In this document: positions 13,331 through 23,988 of the stretch, piece by piece
Layout: each line of letters opens with the position of its first letter
Position numbering within the stretch: position 1 is the stretch's first letter
Assembly: GCF_001194135.2 (NCBI RefSeq)
Contig: NC_068992.1
Coordinates: 42,933,940 to 42,972,891 of the forward strand
DNA from: Octopus bimaculoides
Lineage: Eukaryota
Direction of reading: 5' to 3'
Length of the DNA stretch: 38,952 bases
Made by a program: the position numbers and the translations under genes
Notes under the pieces: model-generated
What the model was told of the DNA's origin: nothing
The model's database searches: none
What the model saw: only the letters and a program-made list of their open reading frames with translations

Positions 13331-14598
13331 GAGGTCTTGTGATTGGCATTATTATTCATGAGAATGTGATCAAAGTCAATAATGAATTCGTACGACCGAA
13401 GGTTCATTGCCAAAAGCATCTCCCATAACTGGGTAGAGGATGAAGGGAATGGATAAGCTCTTAAGTATTTAATAGGATATGAAAAGTATCATCTATTTTC
13501 TGTTGCTTTCTTTACAACAGATCACTATATTTAGCAGCATTTCGAGACGGCCACAGTGAGAATCGTTTTCTTCACCTAAAACAATATCATGACACCAGTC
13601 TTATAAGCATCAAAGCAAATATATTCATATCGCCCCTCCCCCAATAGTATCTTCCATATTAAAAAAAATTAAAACCAAAATTTCATTTAATCTCAGGAGT
13701 TTGCACTTTATTTTTTTTCTTTTAAATGAGCGAAGGCGGTCAAGTAAATTAAAAATCATTTAAATGAAAACGATTTCTGAAATTAGAAATTTAAATAGTT
13801 CATTTCATTCAATATGCTTTAGTAATCTGCATTGTATTAACAACGAAAGAAAAATAATATTCTTCGATTGATCGTGATTATAGAACGGTAAACAAGCCTG
13901 ACAGGAATTCGTTATAATGATTAAATGAAAGTTGGAATTGTAAATAGCTTGCAGAAAACCGATAATCTCAATTTTTATTAAACTATTTATTTCATTAACC
14001 TATTTCCTCTTATATTACTGTAGTTGGTTTTCTTTTTTGCGTTTATCTCATCGTCTGACTTTCTATTTATCTATTTTTCATTCGCTCTTTCATCACACAC
14101 ATGTGTATTAAGGCACACTCACACAAACATTTATAGCTAGATATAGCTATAAAGTGAAATATATGTGTGCCCAGATGTGTGTGTGTGTATGTGTGTATGT
14201 GTGTATGTGTGTGTGTGTTTAGTAATTAACAGTGTGCTATCATGCATGACACGTTACTAGTGAGTTTGGAGCTTTATAATTGGTTCCACTTTAAACTTCT
14301 ACCTCTACGCGCTATGAATCTAATCTCCTCACCGGAGGATAGTCAGACAGTCTACAATGTAGAGCCCATCCCACATTATATAACAAGAAATGCGGAAAAC
14401 ATTATGATATTTTTATGCTTTAATAAATACCTTTTTCAACGAGTCAGCGGCTTATAGCTTTGGTATGAAATAGAAATGTAATGATGAATATTTCGTTTGG
14501 TTAACTGCAAAAAATACCGGTGAAAACCTGGGCTTCCTTGCGGTAGAAAAGTATGCAGTTCAAGTTGATATACTAAAATAAAATCAAAATGAAAGTAA

Positions 14599-14792
14599 TA
14601 TTCTTCTCTACTATAGGCACAAGGCCAGAAATTAGATCGACCCAGTACGCAACTGGTACATAATTTATCGACCCCGAGAGATGAAATGCAAAGTTGACCT
14701 AGGCGTAATTTGAACTCAGAACATAAAGAAAGACGAAATACCGCTGAGCATTTCGCCCAGCGTGCCAACGTTTCTGCCAACTCACCGTCTTA
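14599..14792 (-). mobile_element. tRNA-derived SINE (2838 family), small internal deletion
   Basis: Reverse complement aligns by eye with 2838-3057 along nearly its whole length. Confidence 0.88.
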
Positions 14793-14819
14793 AAATGAAA
14801 ATGATATTATCGGGTAGGG

Positions 14820-14962
<143 letters not shown>

Positions 14963-15818
14963 CGTAAACATTTTGATTTGGTGCTTTAAATCAAATTAGA
15001 AACAAAAGGTAACGTTCATCAGATGAATAAGTCAGTAGAAGAGCGACAATTCTCAATAATTTCAGACAGAGGCACAAGGTGAACGTGACCCCGAAGTTTC
15101 GACGGTAGCAGTTAACTGTGAACTCGTATTTCAGCGTTCATATAATTCATCTACAAGTAACTAACCAATTAACCTATCCACCGACCGTAAATGATTAATT
15201 AGTACTATAATTTCATTGAAGGGTTAAAATCAAAATTTATACATATTGTAATTTTCAAATATGAAAACATGAACAAAACTTTGTAAATATTACTTGAAGT
15301 AGATATTTTGTGATATTCCTCTGGCCCATCGTTCCGCAAACCATTTTTCTTCTTATGGGACAATCTCTGCAAAGGGGTGCTTGGTACTTCTACGTTTAAC
15401 TGGTCATTTTCAGTCAGATAAATTAAATTTTCCGCGCACGAACTTTTTACTTATTTTCTCTCAAGATAAACATCAAACTGACTGTCACGTATGATTTGAA
15501 CTCGGAAAATGACAACACATAACTAAATATCTCAAAAAATTTATTCTGAAACCCTACTGAACACCTAATCTACCTATCACATTGTGGGAGAGTAAATAAC
15601 GAGAGAATCTGCATGAAATGAGAAAAACATTTGGAGGAAATTTTGCGGTAAAAGTACTGATTGAGAATATAGAGTATATTAAAGAAAGACGAATAAACTA
15701 AGACGGGAGCACACCATTGATTTCGTACACGATGAGAAATTTATTTTTACTATTGAAATAACACTTCAAAATCAATCAATCATAAAGAACAATATTGTAT
15801 AAAGTATATATATGCATA

Positions 15819-15852
15819 GGCGCAGGAGTGGCTGTGTGGTAAGTAGCTTGCT
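15819..15852 (+). mobile_element. 5' head of a tRNA-derived CORE-like SINE, interrupted by an insertion
   Basis: GGCGCAGGAGTGGCTGTGTGGTAAGTAGCTTGCT matches the head of the intact copy at 20476-20904 (minus strand). The body resumes at 17989. Confidence 0.9.
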
Positions 15853-16865
15853 AACCTTGACCATTGCGCATCTGCGTAAGTTAGTTGGCTGCTTCCCGTC
15901 GACCAAAGTGGACATGAACTGTGGCTCTGTCCAAAAAAGAATAATTTGAAGAATTCGCCGGGGTGAGTCGGTTTTCTTGCTCAGCTGGGCAATAATTTAT
16001 TGTTTATCTTTATTTTTTCAGTAGATTGTTGTCCAGCTGTGTGGCATCTTCGCTTTCCCCCGGCGAATTTTTGTGTGTTCGTTATACGAACAAAATTGTG
16101 TATACGCTGTCTGTGATGGGCATGTTCGCTTCACCACAGCAGTGAAGATTCTTGCTTGGTAATTTTAGCCGAAAAATTTGTGTGTTCGTGTTTACGAACA
16201 CAATTGTGTGTTTGCTGTCTGTGGTGAGCGTTTTTGCTTTACCACAGCACTGAAGTTTTTCTGTGTTTGGCGTCCAGCCGAAAATATTGGAGTACCAGGT
16301 TGGAGTACCTCACCAAAGAAACGGAATTGAACTTTGAAGTAGCTCGCTAACCGTGTTTCTACGCATGTGTTGTTTATTGTGAGCTACTTGCTGAACGGAG
16401 TTGACGTAGGCTTCGGTCCCACCAACTAAGGAACCATGGAACATTTGTGAAGTTTGTCAAGGTAGATCGTTTTTTTGCTCAGCTAGGCAATAATTTATTG
16501 CCTGTTTTTATTTTTTCAGTAGATTGTTTTCCGGCTGTGTGGCATCTTCGTTTGCCTCCGGTGAATTTTTTATGTGTTCGTTATACGAACAAAATTGTGT
16601 ATTTTCTGTCTGTGATGGGCGTGTTCATTTCACCACAGCAGTGAAGTTTTTTCTGTGTTTGGCATCCAGCCGAAAATATTGGAGTACCTTTTTAAGAACC
16701 TCACCAAAGAAACGGAATTCTGTGCCTGTGACTTTCTTTTATTTCTGAACAATCCTTTTTTCTATTCTATCTCCTATTTTTTTCTTCTTTGAACTGTGTT
16801 TTTTTTTTGTGAACTGTTTATTTGAACTGTGTTTGTTTATTGTGAATTGTTTATTTCGAATGGAC

Positions 16866-17399
16866 ATGGAAGGCCAAAAGAAAAAAGAAAACATTGTCTT
16901 GGAGTGAAATTTGTACCCACCCAGGAAGTGGCTGGATGAAAAGGAGAAGAGGACAGTGGTACTGCAGACCTATTCCAGGTCACGCAATGCCACTGCCCTC
17001 TTCAATGAGGACATTATAGAAAGGGAGCTGGCAACTTGTTTGCCGGGGAAAAATTTCTTTATCTCTAGGGGGGGGGAATTTGCAACGGTGTGGTGGCAGA
17101 TTGACTCCCCCGAAGAGGCTTGCATCGTGGCTAGACAGCCCTTGCAAAGAGAGGAAATGTTGTTCCTCCCCACTCATTGTGGGAAGAGAATTATTAGATC
17201 CTGGGTATGTGGTCTGCCCCCGGAAACCGAAGCCGGGTGGATCACGGATGCCATCCATTGGGGCTTGGGAGACAGCGGACCCAGGCTCTTAAATGTATAC
17301 ATAACAGCGGCTGCCAACTGGGAGGGTGCAAAGGTAATTTTGACCTTATAGACCCTAGTGGCAGACAATGAAGACTGTCAGCGAGAATTGTACCGATGA
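16866..17399 (+). pseudogene. ORF1-like (putative RNA-binding, RRM-like) protein remnant of the inserted element
   Basis: ATG at 16866, in-frame TGA at 16905, a 146-codon open stretch 16911-17351 (…KRTVVLQTYSR…FLPTHCGKRIIRSWVCGLPPE…NWEG…), TAG at 17349, then TGA at 17397. GC is much higher than the flanks. The ORF1 identity rests on position and recalled resemblance only. Confidence 0.5.
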
Positions 17400-17731
17400 C
17401 AGAGTGGTGTGACGTCCTTCCCGGTGAGGATCCTGATTTTTACGTTATCCTGTACCATGAGGGAGGGACTGTGAATGAGTTCTTGGACCGCGAGTGCGGC
17501 CAAGATAGGAACTACTCGGAATGTGCGAGTAGATCCACATGGCCTCCACAGGTGGCTGCGGAGGTTATAAATGACAACATAATGGCAAAAGTTATAGAAA
17601 AATATAACCAAAAAGATGTTTTCTACCTCGCTGCAAGTTCAAGCCTAACAATAGACACTTGTTTATCAAGGGCAACATATCTGCTTGCGGAGGGGTGGAG
17701 TGATGAAAATTGTGAATTTTTAATATATTGA
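17396..17731 (+). pseudogene. 111-aa ORF of unknown function inside the inserted element (possibly the frameshifted C-terminus of ORF1)
   Basis: From the ORF track; its ATG overlaps the upstream TGA (ATGA). ECGQDRNYSEC is at best a degenerate zinc-knuckle. Confidence 0.35.
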
Positions 17732-17988
17732 AATTGTGTAAAAATTGTAATATTGATAGCGTAAGATGTTTGCAACCTCATAAGTGCTTTTAAAGGAAAA
17801 TGAAAAAAGAACAATGTTTTCGAGGGTTGTCAGAGGGCGGGCGCTGGTGCCTCTCTCATTATTTGTTTCATCCTTAGCACCCTCATCTCATTAATATCTA
17901 TGTCCAGCCCGCAGCTACTTTATGTCTGTCTGTCTGTCTTTGTTTGTCCCCTCTATGTAACGCCGTTAATGGCGAATTTATTGAAATA

Positions 17989-18121
17989 AAGTAGCTTGCT
18001 TCCCAACCACATGGTTCAGTCTCACATCGTGGCACCTTGGGCAAGTGTCTTCTACTATAACATCGGGCCGAGCAAAGCTTTGTAAGTGGGTCTGGTAGGC
18101 GGAGACTGAAAGCAGCCCATG

Positions 18122-18200
<79 letters not shown>

Positions 18201-18390
18201 TGTTTGTATGTCAGTGATTGACAACCGATGTTGCTGTCTTTACTCCTCCGTAACCAAGCGGTTCGGCAAATGCGGCCGATAGAATAAGTACTAGACTTGC
18301 AAAGAATAAGTCATGGGGTCTATCTGTTCGACTAAAGGTGGTACTACAGCATGGCTTTAGTCAAATGACTGAAAGAAATAAAAGAATAAA
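17989..18390 (+). mobile_element. Body of the interrupted CORE-like SINE with an internal (TG)n tract
   Basis: AAGTAGCTTGCTTCCCAACCACATGGTTC…GGCACCTTGGGCAAGTGTCTT…GACTGAAAG, (TG)n at 18121-18200, then the second half ACAACCGATG…GATAGAATAAGTACTAG…GTCAAATGACTGAAA. Confidence 0.9.
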
Positions 18391-18831
18391 GGAAAAAAAG
18401 GACATATATATGATAATAATTCAAAGCTTAAAGCTTATAAACGCTGACTGTGAATTAACAAAAGAAAATAATGTAATATTAGGACATATAAACCATTGAC
18501 GGAAAAAAGTGGGTGTCATGTGTGTGTGTTTGAGTACATGTATGTAGGTTTTCGTATTTGTATTGCCGTTCATATGAATTTCAGGTTCCATCTGCATTCT
18601 ACTCAAAATAGGTTTGAATTCAGTACGGACGGAATATGAAAAAATGAACAAATACAAATATATTACGTACATGCATACATATATCGATACACACATCGTT
18701 GAAGACTCTCCAGTCGTAATAGATTAAGTTTCTGCAATTTCTTTCTATCCAGCTGGAACGGATGATTGGTTTATAGTGACCAAATATTTGTGCTGCACAT
18801 TATATCACGCTCTACATCATACTCATTTCAC

Positions 18832-18905
18832 ATTCATTCTTGTTCTAATAGCTGAATATATATAAATATTCATTCTTGTTCTAGTAGCTGAATATATATA
18901 TAAAT
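18832..18905. repeat. 36-bp tandem duplication (2 copies)
   Basis: ATTCATTCTTGTTCTAATAGCTGAATATATATAAAT is followed by a near-identical copy. Confidence 0.9.
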
Positions 18906-19714
18906 ATATATAAATTTACCTTGAGGTCGTATAAAGCTCATGGATGTAGTCTTCCAGCACACAGTTTATGTTTATTCTAATATGCTAACAGAAATTTTGC
19001 GGTCAGGCGGTTTTCTGTTAGTATTTGAATAGTCATAACACACATTGCTTCATAATTCCTTAAATATTTCTTGTATGTTACTTCAAATATTCCTTGGTTT
19101 CATTTATATGTCTAAACGTACTCAGTACAATACCAATTATAGAAAGACAGCGTTAGAATTTCTAAAGAAATTTAGTTATTAATTTAAATTAAATCACCCA
19201 CCTCAAAGTTCTCTGTTGAACGTCATCAACAATAGACAACCAATATGAAATGATACTGGTATCAGCTTAATTCATTTGACGCTAGATTACGCCTATAATC
19301 TGGGAAAATGTGATTAATATGCCTGTAAAAAGTTTGAAATATTTAGGTAGTCTTTATATCTCCAGAAGTATATACAGAGACTTTAAAAATACTAATATCG
19401 TGATGTAAGAGGAATATATCACAATGAATGAAAAGTTCCCCTATCGAATCGCATAGCTGAAATCTTCAACCATGAAAGATCTTTAAAATCCAATTTAGTT
19501 AAAAACAATTTTCAAAATGCAATTTATAAGAACTTACTAGAAAGTGTCGACTTATATAATTACTTTCCTTTAGTAGAATTTACATACATTAAACTAATTA
19601 AGAAGTAGCTTTCTTTATTATAATATATAGCCTCAGATTTTAACCTATCTTTTGTATTTATCGATTGATTTACCAGCGCGTTTATATGTGCATGACTATA
19701 CATGTATGTAGGGA

Positions 19715-19815
19715 AAATACATACGTACATACATACGTACATACATACGTACATACACACACACATATGTGTGTATGTATGCATGTATGTATGTATGTAA
19801 GTATGTATGCATGTA
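19715..19815. repeat. (TACA)n/(TATG)n microsatellite
   Basis: Read directly. Confidence 0.9.
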
Positions 19816-20007
19816 TCAGTCATTAGAATGTACCTGCGGTGGCGCAACAACCTGCCTCTTTTAGTCGAACAAATGCACCATGTACTTATTTTTGTTAGAC
19901 CCGTTGCTTTCTTTTTGTTGATCTGCTAGGTTGCGAGGAGTTAACGAACCAAACCCAGTGTTGTGTGGGACAAACAGAAACATAAAGAATCACACAAAAA
20001 TATACAT

Positions 20008-20045
<38 letters not shown>

Positions 20046-20188
20046 NNNNNNNNNNTAAAATTAAAAAGTCAATCAAAGAAAATGGAGAAGAAAAATCGAA
20101 AAGATGCTCGCTTCATTTTATTTGTGTCACAATTAGAAAAATAATGGTAATTAGAAGATTAAAAGATATATTTATAAGAACGTGTAGA

Positions 20189-20251
20189 AAAGGAACCGGA
20201 ACAAGTAAAAAAGGAACCGAAACAAGTGCAAAAGGAACAGCATCAACAAAA
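20189..20251. repeat. 21-bp minisatellite, 3 diverged copies (AAAGGAACC…)
   Basis: AAAGGAACCGGAACAAGTAAA / AAAGGAACCGAAACAAGTGCA / AAAGGAACAGCATCAACAAAA. Confidence 0.8.
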
Positions 20252-20475
20252 TAACACAAAATATCCACAAAGATATTACATCCCTCACGATAAGCTACAT
20301 CCGTCTTTCTACCTCCTTAATATAAATAAAAATTCTTAAATATAAATAAGTGCATATATTTTTTCAAATAAATTTGATGCTTTAGTAGCATTTTTAACGT
20401 TCACCAATAGTTAAATTTTAAACGATAAATTTCTAATTACAATAACTCTGTGTCTTTCAAAGTAGTTTGCTTACA

Positions 20476-20702
20476 TTCTTTTATTTGTTTCAGTCATCTA
20501 ACTGCGGCCATGCTAGAGCACCGCCCTTAGTCGAGCAAGTCGACCCCAGAGCTTATTCTTCGTAAGCCTAGTACTTATTATATTGGTCTCTTTTGCCGAA
20601 GCGCTAGGTTACGGGGATGTGAACACACCAACATCGGTTGTCAAGCGATGGTGGGGAACAAACACACACAAACACACATACACACACACACACCACACAC
20701 AC

Positions 20703-20738
<36 letters not shown>

Positions 20739-20904
20739 CGATGGGCTTCTTTCAGTTTCCGTCTACCAAATCCACTCACAAGGCTTTGGTTGGCCCGAGG
20801 CTATAGTAGAAGACACTTGCCCAAGGTGCCACACAGTGGAACTGAACCCGGAACCATGTGGTTGAGAAGCAAGCTACTTACCACATAGCCACTCCTGCGC
20901 CTAT
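20476..20904 (-). mobile_element. Full-length tRNA-derived CORE-like SINE with an internal TA/TG microsatellite
   Basis: The minus strand reads GGCGCAGGAGTGGCTATGTGGTAAGTAGCTTGCTTCTCAACCACATGGTTCCGGGTTCAGTTCCAC (A and B boxes) and GGCACCTTGGGCAAGTGTCTT core, then the microsatellite and the second half. It serves as the uninterrupted reference for the split copy. Confidence 0.92.
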
Positions 20905-22221
20905 ATGAAAATTTCCTAAACATATCCCTCAAATAAGTGATTTCATAACTAAAAACTAATATATACTCCTATTTTCTGAAGAGATCTAACAATATACAGC
21001 TTATTACATCTTTAAAAGTTACAGTTATTGATGATTCTAAAATATTGTTATATTGAAACATATGTAGAATCTCTTTTTGGATATTTTGNNNNNNNNNNNN
21101 NNNNNNNNNNNNNNNNNNNNNNNNNNNNNNNNNNNNNNNNNNNNNNNNNNNNNNNNNNNNNNNNNNNNNNNNNNNNNNNNNNNNNNNNNNNNNNNNNNNN
21201 NNNNNNNNNNNNNNNNNNNNNNNNNACATACAAATACTTATATAAAGGTATATATACATATACATACATGCATACACGCATATATTTACATCTTTACAAA
21301 GATTAAGGCATGTATATATATGAGTGTATGCATGTATGTGTCTGTATACCTATGTACTTACACATATACATGCATACATCCATACACACGTATCTAAATG
21401 TAAAGAAGTCGCCTGTGTATATACGTGTTGGGTCATAATGCCTACCTTCCTATAGCCTTCTGCGATAAAGCTTTTAACTCGATAACAGAAATTCATGATG
21501 TATCTTCATTGAGTATAGACTATTTGGAAAGTCATGAGAAGAACTGCATTGTTCAGTGATGGAAAATTCCAGAAAACATGCAGTACCGAATAATGGAAAA
21601 TTCAAAAAGTCTATTACTTCGTTGCCATCTGTTGCATGAGATATCTCTGGGAATAAGTTCGGAAAACTCACGAAGATCAGATGTCGTTTTATTCATAACT
21701 AAAGTTATTATTTTCGAACGAAAAGTATATCAAATTTATTGTATATAAATTAATAGACTAAAACACACCATTGCCGATTCCAAGATCATGCAGTAAAGTG
21801 TCGCAGAATTGATTATATAATCCGAAACAAGTAATGGGATATGATCTCACTGCAAGATTCACAGTGATTTTTATACATTTTCAATACTATATTAACCTAT
21901 TTACTGATTAGTCTACATACCAAAAAAAGAGAAGGAAAGAAAAGCAGGCCTCATAATATTTAAACTGTTGCTTGCAATATAATTCGGATAATTTCTAATA
22001 TCAGACGGAGTTGAAGATTTACAGAGAAGAAGACTTCATGAATAAATTGATAATTCCTAAACATGAAATTTCTGTGGACTAATGGTATGCTTCGCTCAAG
22101 TAAATGGATGTTCTCATATCTATACATCTGTCTATTTATTTCTCATGCTGTCTGTCTATCCATCTACATACCTATCAATCTACCGCCATATTAATCTCAC
22201 ACACACACACACACACATACA

Positions 22222-22261
<40 letters not shown>

Positions 22262-23090
22262 NNNNNNNNNNNNNNNNNNNNNNNNNNNNNNNNNNNNNNN
22301 NNNNNNNNNNNNNNNNNNNNNNNNNNNNNNNNNNNNNNNNNNNNNNNNNNNNNNNNNNNNNNNNNNNNNNNNNNNNNNNNNNNNNNNNNNNNNNNNNNNN
22401 NNNNNNNNNNNNNNNNNNNNNNNNNNNNNNNNNNNNNNNNNNNNNNNNNNNNNNNNNNNNNNNNNNNNNNNNNNNNNNNNNNNNNNNNNNNNNNNNNNNN
22501 NNNNNNNNNNNNNNNNNNNNNNNNNNNNNNNNNNNNNNNNNNNNNNNNNNNNNNNNNNNNNNNNNNNNNNNNNNNNNNNNNNNNNNNNNNNNNNNNNNNN
22601 NNNNNNNNNNNNNNNNNNNNNNNNNNNNNNNNNNNNNNNNNNNNNNNNNNNNNNNNNNNNNNNNNNNNNNNNNNNNNNNNNNNNNNNNNNNNNNNNNNNN
22701 NNNNNNNNNNNNNNNNNNNNNNNNNNNNNNNNNNNNNNNNNNNNNNNNNNNNNNNNNNNNNNNNNNNNNNNNNNNNNNNNNNNNNNNNNNNNNNNNNNNN
22801 NNNNNNNNNNNNNNNNNNNNNNNNNNNNNNNNNNNNNNNNNNNNNNNNNNNNNNNNNNNNNNNNNNNNNNNNNNNNNNNNNNNNNNNNNNNNNNNNNNNN
22901 NNNNNNNNNNNNNNNNNNNNNNNNNNNNNNNNNNNNNNNNNNNNNNNNNNNNNNNNNNNNNNNNNNNNNNNNNNNNNNNNNNNNNNNNNNNNNNNNNNNN
23001 NNNNNNNNNNNNNNNNNNNNNNNNNNNNNNNNNNNNNNNNNNNNNNNNNNNNNNNNNNNNNNNNNNNNNNNNNNNNNNNNNNNNNNNNNN

Positions 23091-23988
23091 GTAAACGGGC
23101 AAGCCCCTCCCCCTTCCAAAATTCACCTGTCCATGACAAAAAATTATCCTCCAGTACTGTTATGACCTCGTCTACAAAATACATTTTTTTCCCATCCAAA
23201 TGATTCTGAAGACTGCGGAATAAGTGATAATCATAAGTCCAGCTAATATAGTGTGTGGAGCATCGTTTCCCCAAAGAACTGCTCCAGCCTTTGGCTAATA
23301 TAGTGAGTGGAGCATCGTTTCCCATTCAAATGGCACCAGCTTTTGGCTAATATAGTGAGTGGAGCATCGTTTCTCATTCAAACTGGTCCAGTCTTTGGAA
23401 TATCATCCTCGCTGTATGTGGCCGAGCATTATCCTGATGGAAGAACTCCTTTCTTCTTGAAACAAAGATGGTCGTTTTCCGATTGTATGCACCTGTCGAT
23501 GCATGCTTGAATGACTAAATCATACTTCTCTGCTACTTTCTCAACAGTTTCAATGGGACTTCGTTCCACAAAGGTTTGCAGAATGTCCGCGTCGCACTCT
23601 ACAGACCTTCCGGCACGAGGCTCGTCTTCTAGGCTGTAGTTTCTGGCTCGGAATTTATGGAACCACTGTTGAGATTGGCTTATGCTTTCTGTCCGATCAC
23701 CATATACTGCATTAATATTCCTCGCACTTTCTGTTGGCGTTGTTGCTTTTATTGAACACATGAAGCAAAATATGCAGATTATGCACTTTTGTCACTTCCA
23801 TTATAGCTTTCAAAAAATAACTGTTAAAATCGAACTGCATTCTTCAAAACTTGCACTGAGAATAAGTAGAAGTTAAAATTACTACCTCCTTTTTATAGCA
23901 GGTTGATATAGCTAGTTTATTCTGACCTCTCCGACTTTTAGTCAATGAATTGAAAAAAAACGTATTATTTATGGTATTATCCAATATA
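23091..23988 (-). mobile_element. Decayed, internally deleted mariner transposon
   Basis: Minus-strand translation ATTPTESARNINAVYGD…QQWFHKFRARNYSLEDEPRAGRS (HTH), KKKGVL, and DYHLFRSLQNHLDGKK (around the last catalytic D). The 5' terminus TATATTGGATAATACCATAAAT ends at 23988. The 3' end is lost in the gap. Confidence 0.9.

Larger units (their letters stand above)
15853..17988 (+). mobile_element. 2.1-kb non-autonomous retroelement-like insertion (L1/Tx1-like by inference) with a 12-bp TSD AAGTAGCTTGCT
   Basis: The TSD is at 15841-15852 and 17989-18000. It has tandem 5' monomers (from 15841 and 16337), an ORF1-like region at 16866-17731, and a pyrimidine-rich 3' region ending at AATAAA (17985-17990). 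No RT or EN motifs. The insertion is well supported; the clade assignment is tentative. Confidence 0.8.

Noticed and set aside
19300-19420. LKYLGSLYIS, resembling RT domain 7
   Set aside because: A single short motif with no collinear upstream RT motifs that I could confirm.
21435-21680. LPIAFCDKAFNSI (RT-like) and, in another frame, LFSDGKF (Tc1-like)
   Set aside because: Two incompatible weak readings; probably a very old TE fossil but unassignable.
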